A stretch of 62,733 bases of DNA, filler included, from Choristocarpus tenellus KU-1152 (taxonomy: Eukaryota; Protista; Phaeophyceae), in assembly GCA_964200185.2 (NCBI GenBank). It is 9 parts of 9 records of this genome, joined end to end, with 100 filler letters (N's around TTAATTAATTAA, not from the genome) between each part and the next. Parts side by side here need not be neighbours in the genome. Positions count along the whole stretch, not along the records: positions 23,098 to 32,649 come from CAXNAD020003585.1; positions 32,750 to 43,553 come from CAXNAD020002705.1; 7 more parts are not named here. One strand, 5' to 3'. The position numbers were made by a program, and so were the translations under genes. How positions within the stretch are numbered: the stretch's first letter is position 1; every line of letters begins with the position of its first letter. The notes under the pieces were generated by a model. The model worked only from the letters and a program-made list of their open reading frames with translations, searched no databases and was not told where the DNA came from. Of this stretch, positions 27,410 through 38,305 are shown piece by piece.

Positions 27410-29654
27410 TAAGACACTCGAAAATCAACGAACATTTTGCCCCCAAACATCTCAAACCGTTCTTATCGAGTTGTACTTCTATCTTACCAAGCGTCATCCA
27501 TGTACTACCTTGCGAATAAAGGATCATTCGGTCCTCGTTGGTACTATTCCGCTTTTATCTTTGCCTCTGTAGGTAAGGATGTTGCTTTCTCGATTTCCAA
27601 TGGTTTTGCAATCGAAAGTTATGATATTATCTCCCAAGCATCTGGATGGACGCTGATATCTCCTGAATGTTCCAAAGCTGCCGCAAATATGCACCACCAA
27701 CTCGGAGAAGACGGTGACCCAAATATAACTCTGAAATCTCCACTACGATCTATCATTGGGATGTGTATGCAAACTTGCAAGGATTATCTTGGTTGATCCC
27801 TCTAATAATAGCCTAAATGCATCTTTTACATCAATTTTTTACAGTATAATCGTTGTTTCTTATCTATAATATTACCTCGCATAGCACACATACTACGCAA
27901 TCAATGATCAAATATTTCTCCTAAATTTACAGGTGGGGCATCATCGAAATCGATGTCTGCATTCACACCTCCCACTTCTCCAATCCTAACCCCTCCTCCA
28001 AAACCCAAGTAAAGAATATGCCGAATTTTGTTGGGTTCTTTAATTTCATCTAATGAGCCAAACCAATTGAGAGGTAAACAGGTTTGGACCCTTTTGCATT
28101 CTAAGATATTTTCCTTTCCTTGTACAATACACTATATTTCGTTGTTTTATGTCCACAATAGTGTACGCAAGTTTGACATCCCCCCTTTCCACACACAAAG
28201 CGACACCATAATACAGCAAAGACTCTTCTTTAAAAAAATGTGCAAAATGACATATTTTCGCCCTTTTTTGAGATCCTCATCTACCTCTCAGTTGGTTAGG
28301 ACTCTATGGAGAAATGTGTAAACCCGGTATACCTAAAACTTATATTGAGAGAATCAGGACTCTACCCAACTCAATACCTGTACTTGTCTTCTCCCGTATT
28401 GCTTCCTCTGCCATGTCCACACTGCAATGATTCCCATACCGTAGTGCTGCGTGTAAGTTCCTTGTCCCATAATTATATTAGGTACTCCATTGTCTCCTAC
28501 AAATACCAATATCTCAATATCTGAAAAGGTGTTATATCCGAAATGTATGCTTTAATCCTTCGACCACGTAGGCGTGGAACAAATAATCCTCCATCTAACT
28601 GTCTAGCCATCTCCCCTCACCTCCTAGCATCATCTGCGACAGATCTGCTGTTGTTGTGCCTGAAATTATCTTCAGCCACCTATAGCTGTCTGCCTTTTCG
28701 TCCTCAGTAAGTCCAGTGTAGCCTTCAACCCTACACTTTTTTCGAAAAAAAATCTCTTTGTCTCCACAAGAAACTAACTTCTTCAGGCCAGGTAGTTCAT
28801 TCGTTGCGATGCCTGTAGATCCTTAACCGATTCCAACTCTACCATCTAAAACCCTTGCGACCTTTTAGAGATCAACCACACCTCTAGAGATGATGCGTAA
28901 TCCGTTTCACGCTAGAGACACTGGGCAGATGGGAAGAAGGGACCTGGCAGATTATTGGGTTGCTTTCCTAACTCGTGCCCACCTTTGTGGGGGTAAGGTA
29001 GGATAAAGGCACCGAAGTGTACACATTGCTTTGTAGTAAACCTTTTTTAGAGGGACATTATGGAGAAATATATTGCATAATTCTTATATATCGGAATTGA
29101 CAGTAACTGTACAACAGACAACATGATTTTCATTGTATTTTATAAATGGCTTACCTGACAAATCTGTAAAATGTTGGGGGGTATACGTTAAAGGATAGGT
29201 CCCGGTTTCCGAAGGCGGATCTCCCATCTCTTATTTTTTCTGAGCTCCATTTGAACCGTCATCCTCCCCACTTCATCATCCCTTATCCTCGTGTCCAACA
29301 ACCTCAACCTCATCCTCTCCGTTACAGTTCACTTCATCAACCCTTGTCCTCGTGTCCAACCTTAACCTCATCCTCTCTGTTCCAGTTCGTATGGTCTGTT
29401 TTGCCCGTTGATTCTCTTCGCCACCCTCGTCACCACAAAAACACGCGATTCACATTAGCGATACCAGTGAGATTCGAACTCGCGCATGCGAACTGACCAT
29501 TAAACGATTCGCATTCACATCATCATAAATTACTGACATTAATTTAATGAAACCCAAATGGATCAGTAAATATTTCTTGTCGTGGTACCTTAACTTAGAA
29601 CTACTCTAAATGAAGGGGTAAAGGATTCCGCTCAAGACAGACACGTCGAATAGG

Positions 29655-32600
29655 ATGGAGCCTTTACCTGTAGACCCCCTATCTTACTCGAAGGATGTTG
29701 ACGAGGAAACGCTAAAAGAGATCAAGAGATTAGATGCTCTCAAGGTCAGTATAAATAAGCTTTTAGATGGCATGGTGTAGAGTTTGAGGATTCTACATGT
29801 GTTTTAACCATCTTATCCCTCCCAATCTATTGTTGGCGAAAGAACGACATGGCGAGTGGCTATCGTGGCTACCTTGAAAGGCATCCTGAGTTGACGTTGA
29901 TGCTTGACGAGTTCATCAAGAAAGTTCTGCTCGAAAAGCCCGACGACGTGTACGCGTTCGCGAAGAGTTACTTCGTCGACCCCAATGCTGGAGACCACAT
30001 TACGAGGTAGGGCTAGGTCTTTCGAAAACATATGTTGCGTATTAGTTTGATAACTTTGTGATAACGTTTTGCCCCAGTATTGCTCAATTCCGCACATAGT
30101 CAATCTATTCGGTTGACCAACCAATGCATCCATCCAACTTTTCAACATCCATTTTGAATCTTATAGCGTTGCTGCCTGTCACGTCCCTTCGATTATAACT
30201 GTATCAATCCCCCATAATGTCGCTTCGCTGTTCCGCACCATATGAAAGTATGCACACAGATGATGGCGATATTCTGGATGCCAATAGAGTATTTCTCTCC
30301 CACCACAGTTAACCTTGGGAAGATTTATGACCTAGATTCATGTCCCTCGCTGAACTTGCTAGAACAGAAGTCTCGATGCATTATGGTCCATAGCATTGCA
30401 TTTGCAATAGGAAACCATGATACGCGCAAATATCCCGCGCTGTAGTTGCCAATACCTGGCCTTCATTGTTAGTTTATTGGTGATGTTTAACTTACGAGGT
30501 CAGAACTGAATCTTGGCATTTCGCAAAACCTAATCCTTGCCTGAGCGTTGTACTTGTTGGAAAATGTATCTGCTCTGGCCTTCCCCCTTTGCATGTGGGC
30601 TGCAGGGTTGCTCCTGTGGTTATTGCTGGTCCAAGTGGGGTGGGGAAGGGGACAATAATCAGGCGCTTGATGGAGTTATTCCCAAACAAGGTCTGTCATT
30701 TGTTATTCTTCCATCCTTGAGCTAATGCATTTCCCAGGCAGAGGGTCAAACAAACACTTGCTGTGGATGCTCTGTACACTATGGATTGGAAGCTTGTTGA
30801 TCTGTTGACCCTCCTCACCCATTTGTTGAAGAGCTACCTACGTACAACCAACCTCACCTCTGAGGATGTCTCCTTACCACAAATGGGTGCCAATCCTGAT
30901 TTGAATGGGCGATTCATGAGGTTGTGGAACATGACTGAATTGCTTCTGAATGTAATGGCAATGTCAGTTTGCCTTCAGCTGCAGTCACACAACTTTTTTC
31001 ATGGGTAATGGATGAGATCATGGGACATGACTGAATTGCTTCTGAACACAACGACACTGACAGTTTGCCTTCAGCTGCAGTCACACAACACGTTCGAGGA
31101 GGGAGGGTGAGGAAGATGGTGTCCACTACCACTTTGCAACAAGGGAAAGTATGCAGGAGGCCATTGACAAGGGAGAATTTATTGAACATGCTGAGGTGAG
31201 ACATAGAATCTGCACATTCCCAATGTGCTACCCTCCAGCCCTAGTGTCGCTACACTTAAAAAAAATCTATCCTTTTAACCGCTTTGTTATGTTGATTAAT
31301 TTTATCCCTGTGCTGAATCTGATCCATCTGCTAACCCGTCGAAAGTGCAGCACTACATGACAAGTCAACTGGCTATGGGGTCTTGTTTACATGCTGAACC
31401 AAACGACAGATAGTGTTCCATGTCCTCCTGTGTTGATACCCCCTTTCACCCACTTTTTCTCTTCAGCTCTACCCCTATTGATTGTTGAATGGTGCATGAG
31501 TGTGTTGAAGTTTACTCTCCACAGCATTCATATATCTTACTGGCATTTGCTTTAGTCCTAGCATCGTACGCTGTCACTTTGTGAGTAACAGCCTTGAGCT
31601 AAATCTCTGACTCCAGGCCCATTAATTATTAAATTTAACCAGGTGCATGGGAACCTGTATGGCACCAGTGTTGCAGCTGTGGAAGAGTTGTCGGGCAATG
31701 GAAAGGTTAGTAAGTCTTGAGGTTAAGATATCTTATCGCAGCATAATGATTGACTGCTAACAGTATTGGGGTATCTACTACAAATCATATTTTTGCCAAG
31801 GGTCAGGTTCAACCAGTGGGCAGAAATATTATTCCAGTATTTATTCTTTTGGGAGTTTGATTTGACACTCTCTCTGGTTGATATAAGACTTTGAAATAGG
31901 TTGAATGTTGTGACAGATACAGCATCCTTTTTGAGGATGCCTGGCTGTAGAGGAAACTCCTTCACTATATACTGCAAACCCACTTCATTACATCCATGAC
32001 AGACCCAGTTACCACTTTTGAAGTTCCTTCGGATCTCCCCATCATATTGTTCCCAGATTTGTGTTCTGGACATTGATGTGCAAGGAGTGCAAGCAGTCAA
32101 GAAGGCCAACCTTGAGCCATACTATGTGTTTGTAACACCACCGAGCATGGAGGTAGGTAGGAATGCAGGAAACTTTGTATTGGACATCTTGCTTACATTT
32201 CTTAACATAATCAAATTGGTGTACTGAATCTATAGCACTTGTGGACCTACAGTATCTCACTGTACCCAGGGAGGCCACAGGTGGACTCTGCTGATGTTTG
32301 TGGATTTACAGAAAGCAGAGGGCTATAATAGGAAAGGCTACAAAATGTAGCTGAACAGTGCTCAATCCTGGTCTTCTTTTTAAACGTAATGCAAAATTGA
32401 CTTGTACAGTTCCAGCAATGTATGCACAGAGAGTGGCTACCAAGATTTCCTCATCTCCACACTATAACTATCTGTTTCATTGATAACACCCAACCAAGGT
32501 GCTGGAGCAACGATTGCGAGATCGTGGAACAGAAGACAAAGAATCTGTTATACGCCGGCTAGGCAAAGCAAAGGAGGAAATGGATTATGGCAATTCCGAG
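29655..32600 (+). CDS. Guanylate kinase with N-terminal RIIa/Dpy-30-like docking domain, 3' partial
   Basis: Phase-consistent exons 29655-29744, 29843-30006, 30606-30690, 31064-31195, 31643-31705, 32057-32152, 32499-32600. Docking-like [35 protein letters not shown]; P-loop GPSGVGKGT; [17 protein letters not shown]; [15 protein letters not shown]; LDIDVQG; [11 protein letters not shown]. Confidence 0.92.
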
Positions 32601-32749
32601 GTAAGAGATGTAGGCAGTGAGAAATGGGGCGGGGGGGCAGGGGGGTGGGNNNNNNNNNNNNNNNNNNNNNNNNNNNNNNNNNNNNNNNNNNNNTTAATTA
32701 ATTAANNNNNNNNNNNNNNNNNNNNNNNNNNNNNNNNNNNNNNNNNNNN

Positions 32750-35700
32750 AAGGGTGATGTGGTGATGTCAACAAGCTTTCACGAGCGCCATCAAGAACTG
32801 GCAAAGGCTGTGGATGTTGAGGGGGACATGAAAATTGCCAATGCTGAGTTGATCAAGGTCAGTTCCATTTTTCGCTCCTAGCGGATATGTGACATGTGAA
32901 GCCTAGAGCTGTTCTCTTTGTCTCTGTGAACACGATATGTTTCATCATTCCCCATGAGATAAATGCAGTGCTGCCTGGAGGTATTACAAGGCCACCATGT
33001 AAAATGCCCTTCCCAGATAAACTACAACATGTTACAGAGGATGATCAGGAACCTTGTGACAGTTAATTCTATTTCTAGGAGATACTGGTATAATACTCAT
33101 AGAAGTATGTGGTGGGCTTGCATGATTGTTCTTCTGCCTTACAGCTGTGATTTCAAACGATCAATGCCTCCTGGAGTGTTTACAAAACACCTAAATTCTG
33201 CTCTCTGCCACTTCTTATTTTTGCAGCGAACCACAACCCTATACCCTGCTTACCCCCCAGGTGTACAGAAAGTTTGCCGAGGAGCATGAGACTAACGGAA
33301 ATTTCCATGGTTCTATTGAATTTTGGAAAAAAAGCCTCGAGGCAGCCAAGGAAGCCAAGGATCGGGGGTCCGAGGGTCAGGCCTGTTTCCGCCTTGGGAA
33401 GGCATTCATTGAACAGGATGAGCCGTTGAGGCAAGAATATGTTGGTCATGGAGCGGTTTGTCTTCTTGGTGAGGCCTTGTTGAGGAAACATCTTCAGCAT
33501 AGCTGCTCTCTGTGCTTCATAGCTTAGTAGACGTACATATTGTTTATATCTACCCTTTGCTAGCTTAGGGTTAGGGTTCCGAAAGAGACATCTTATTCGA
33601 ATGGCCTCAAAGAAAGTGAAAAAAGCATCTAATGCAGGCTGGTTGTGACTGCTATTAACTGTTTCGATTGTTATATCACACTGCTGAGTGAAAGCATCTT
33701 ATAGGGTACGAGTTTTTCCCTGTTTGTCCGTTTAGTGTTTGACTTCACATGGGTTTCTGATGACATTCTACCAACTCCGAAATGTTTAGAGTGGGTAAAA
33801 TGTATACGTTATGAAAAGGTGTGGCTAGAACAAGGGTATTGACACTTCCTAACAAAAACGATAGCCAAAATTACATCAAAATCGCAACATTGGATTTTGA
33901 CCACCAAACAGACACGGCCCAACCCTCTAAGATACTTTGACTCTGCCGGAACCTTGTCCGTACTTCCTTGCAAAGCAGAGGCGTGAACTACCTGGAAGAC
34001 TTTGAGAGTATCGCTACATCATTGGATGATATCGCTGGGCAGGGACATGCATTTCAGGCACTGGCATCTGCCTATCAGGTGCACACTGCTGTTGACATAC
34101 ACCATGCAGTCGTCTCGGTAGATAATTGGTGCGACGTCACACGACAATCCCAGACCTTGGTTGTACTTCTAAGAAGCAGAATCTAGAATGTTTTCCCCCA
34201 CATCATCATCTCACAACCCTTACAATTCTTGTCTCATTCTTACTGTGGACGATAAAACCAAACCAGAGCATTGGCAATGATGATCGGGCACTTGCCTTCT
34301 TGCAACAGTACCTTGATGTGGCTACCAAGACCCAAAACCTCAAAGCTCAGGTGAAGAACCCGCCTTCCTAGCCTGCGACCTTTAAATGAGGCAGGAAAAA
34401 ATAGACACCAGAAACTTGAAAATCACAAAGTTTACTCTAAGAACTGTAAATATTTTTTGGGGAAAGTAGGTCTGATCAGTCTGTGATTATGTTGCAATGT
34501 GTATCACAAGGCTGAAAACTACCAATACTGTGGTCCACAATCCTGTTCAAAACTTGTGAGTCCGAAATAGGATGACCAAATTTGGCACATCTAGCAACAA
34601 CATAGACAATACTTTAGGCCACATCCCGAATTCCCGTTTGCCCTGTTGAACAATTGGACATAACAATGACTATTTTTGACACCCTGCACGCTTACCCCAC
34701 ACTCTGTTGGAAAATCTTCTGTTATTTTTTTAAGTTGGTGGTAGCTGTTGTCAATGCATGGCAGTATTTGCCCATTTGGGGTGTTCCAGAAGTCACGGCG
34801 ATGGTGTTATGCCATGGTGGTGCTGTGTTCATCCAAGCACTGTGGGTCCTGGCAATAACATTCCATTTGAATATCAAGGGCTCGTAGTGTTTGTGAATTG
34901 AGTATCAGTAGTCTCTCTGTCTACAATAGCACCCTTCTGGACAACTATTTTCAGTACTACGTAAACATAGGCACAAAGATAAATGCTCACAAGCAGGTAC
35001 TGAACACAGATCAAAAGTTGTTCTAATGTGTCCCGTGTCTTCAATGCTTCAGGAGGAGGCTTGTGGCAACCTAGCTGTGCTGTACAACCGGAAGGGGCAG
35101 TTTGCCAAGGCCAAGGACATGTTTGAGCGAAACTTTGTAATCAGTCGAAAGGTTGTAAATGCTGGTCAAAGCAGTGCAGGAACAGGCAAGACCCCAACAA
35201 CTGTATCATTTTATTATCTTTCTGCCTCTGCAGGAGCCTACCAAATGGATCTATTCATATTTGGAGAAAATCCCCCTGTCTTTCCTACACCATTTCTTAA
35301 GAAAACCCCATATACTTGATCTGGGTTGTAATGACTTCAAGAGTTGATATGGTACTCACAAGCAGAACTGCATCAACTTACGAAATAGTTTTCTTTCAGT
35401 TAATAAACGTTCCATTGCCCACAACATCCCATATCCCTATGCTGTATCCAATCCTCCTCTTGACGATATCCAATTCAAAACAGAGTATATATTATCTGAT
35501 CAAAAATTGTGGGCGTACATGGTATTCAAGTGAGTTTGAGTCACCGCAAAAAATAACCGATGGATCAACCCCAACAACAAACATAATCTCTGCTTGTTTT
35601 GTGCGGGTCTTTTTATTCCGATTTTCGAACCCTAGCTAGCTAACCTCGACTCTTTGTTGTTAGTGTTACTGTTTATATTTCTGGATCAGGTCACATTACC

Positions 35701-36726
35701 ATGAGGTGAATACTTGACAATTATGTAAATCAGACTGAGCGACTAGTTGGTTGGATGGCATTATCATGAAATTCAACCTCACAGTAACAGGTGGGATATT
35801 TGTTAAGCAGAGGTTTTGACTGTCCCAAAGGTTGCCCAACACCAATGTTGTGTTTTATTTTTTGAAAGCACTCACTCACCTTGAAGATATGATAATCAAC
35901 CCTCAGCTCCCACCCAACCACCCCTTCATTTCAAACTCTGTACCCAAGACTGCTTGATCTAAGAAGACAAGGAGAGGTGTCATCCAATCTCCGTAACTGA
36001 CATTATATATCACAGTTTCTTACTAGTAGTCCCTGTTCTTGTTTCGGAAATTTCTGTGATGGCGCTTTAATTTCATCTGAAAATTGAGTCTTGTTCCATG
36101 GAACAGAGCATTGAGAAGAGGAAACTTCCTCTGTCAGGAAGCACTTGGTGAAATTGGGGAGGATGACTCGAGAATGTTTCACACACAAACCTCGTGTAAC
36201 CATGTTTCTCTTTTCATGGATGGGCAACTCTGACCCATAGAGAGTATTGACATATCTTCTGTATGATTTGCATGGCTGGGTCCCTGAACTCCTGATTTTC
36301 AAAATACATTTGATTCTGAACTTAAAACCTCATTTCAGCAGAGGTTGCATTGATGTTGAATCATCAATAATTACCCCATTCAGCTCGACACTTGATGAGG
36401 AAAATCCAGGTATCCAAGGCATTACTTGGTTACTAAAGACTTCAAATAGGTCGTTGGTCCTCAGCATCACATTGGACTCTCCCTCCCATACGTTTCGAAG
36501 TACCATCCTTTCCATTCCTACCTCACGAAAATCCCATGGCACCTGGACTTGACACCATGCCTTGCTTACACCATCTCAAGAACTGGTTGATGTTTCTCGA
36601 GTTCTACTGGGCATTACATCTGGAAATGAGATGCTTGAGGCCTACATGAGTGCAGTTGTGGATGACCTTGGTGCCCTTCTTGACTGGAAGAGCCAACGCA
36701 TCAGGCCCAGCAAGCGGGAAAAATGA
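32750..36726 (+). CDS. Tetratricopeptide-repeat protein, TTC29-like, 5' partial
   Basis: Exons <32750-32857, 33261-33430, 33979-34078, 34267-34350, 35053-35185, 36581-36726 (TGA). TPR helices EGQACFRLGKAF, QGHAFQALASAYQ and EEACGNLAVLYNRKGQFAKA; C-terminus VDVSRVLLG...LGALLDWKSQR resembles TTC29. Confidence 0.8.
33686..33943. mobile_element. MITE family A, full length
   Basis: GAGTGAAAGCATCTTATAGGG...CCCTCTAAGATACTTTGACTC; flanks TGCT/TGCC. Confidence 0.9.
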
Positions 36727-38305
36727 GAGCGGCAGGGTTGTTCAAGGATATGCAAAAAAAGAGACATGCTATTTATGCATCAACTGTATCGACACCAGAA
36801 TGAGGTCTTTTGTCATATATCTGACTCTATTGGGATAGCACAATGTCAAGACTACTACAACCGTGGTAGTAGTGGATGCATGCATGTCACAGTAGAGAAG
36901 CCCACAACAATACTGTACTGTCTTACCAGTGGGGTAAGGGCGTGCCAACCCGTCACTTCCTCTGCTGTTATAAATGCATGATGCCTCAAGACTTTCAAAC
37001 ATCATCCTGGGATAAATGTCTACCTTGAACAAAATATCCTTGGTCACAGACAAAATCTCTACTGGAAACATTCAAGCTTGAGTTCAACATTGGACACGGT
37101 GCCTCCTTGGTGTTTAGTTAAAGACCATGTTTAGTTAAAGACCATTATCAAAAGATCAAAAGTCACTCCTTCACTAATCAGTGGGATCTATCGGTCATTG
37201 GCGGCAATCTCCCAGCTTCCACTCCCAGCTCCCACTTTCTTGTTCTCTTGAACAAGAGCTTACAACCCTATCAAGGCAGGCTAAGAACATCCAAGCACAA
37301 TGTAGACCAAACATCCCCACCTACTGTAACAATCCAGATGATGGGATCAATACAGTACTTAGTGTTCAATCTAAAATATGGACAGACTTTACAGGGTACA
37401 GAGTAATTCTTGGAGGACCGTAACAGAATATCTTGTTTGCAGTAGGAAAATGGAAAAAATTTCACATCTCCTTGTTTCCAGCATGGCACTGACTAGGATA
37501 CCCTTCAAAAAACGGTTCAAACTCCTTCATGGTTCCAAGTCCCAGAGGGAGGGCAAGGCATTGGACTCAAACGCGCTCTTGAATTAAAATAGATTTGGCA
37601 AAAAATAGACAGAAACTATGTAAGACTTCACTCTAATGCTCATTGTTTCATTTTACCTTAACTACAGAGCCGTAACACTTATCTGGTCATTGGTATAATT
37701 AGAACCAGGAAACACTCTCTGAATCAGTATATCTTGTCCCTATCATGCTTTTCCAGGCACTGTCTGCAACGAAGTCAAATACTTTCCACCAGCAGAAAAA
37801 AGGGAATCCTGAAATGATCAAAATCTTGATGCAAATTGCACCAAATATCTGACTCTAGCAACAACCAAGTGGACACTAGGTAACACGCTCATCACACACA
37901 CAAACACACCTCCAAAACAAGTTTCATATATTGCACAACGATTACCAGGTAACTGTCACATTTCTTGCTACAGTTCTCCAACCGTTTCGGTTCCATGCCT
38001 CATCTCTTGGTTCACACTTCCAACCCATCAGTAGCAATAATAGCTTCCATCTCTACTCTCACCAACACTCCCTTGTCTCACCACAATCAAAGACAACACT
38101 ATAGCACTACAACATCAACCAAAGCAAATCATCCCCCTCCAACAAACGTTGCTGGTCAATCTCCATGACACCAGCCCTTTGCACAAATTTGGGACGGCTT
38201 ATCACACCACAGGTAGTGTTCCTATGTGCGCAGGCGTGGGGATAACCTTCATATGTGACACTTGCACAACTTGAGGGTAGACATGCATTGTTAAACAACC
38301 CTGAC

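Larger units (their letters stand above)
24430..28350 (-). mobile_element. Decayed tyrosine-recombinase retrotransposon (Ngaro/DIRS-like): RT, RNase H, YR
   Basis: Minus-strand motifs: RT DFRVIFGSPSSPSWWCIFAAALEH (~27665-27740) and YMDD (~27513-27524); RNase H WWFDAC...WWKY (~26835-26905) and VNKCGGAKHVRADSIMR...ARHVKG...LVDEISR (~26520-26700, frameshifted); recombinase FVLHSGRIG...AGRWKSEGFMVYV (~25455-25575, HxxR, W and catalytic Y). Many stops; boundaries approximate. Confidence 0.85.

Noticed and set aside
29459-29495. tRNA-like T-arm on the minus strand (GCGAGTTCGAATCTCACTGGTATCG)
   Set aside because: No convincing D-arm or anticodon arm upstream; at most a tRNA or SINE fragment.
5737-33943. 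MITEs as intron-creating introner elements
   Set aside because: Their ends do not coincide with splice sites; they lie inside longer introns.
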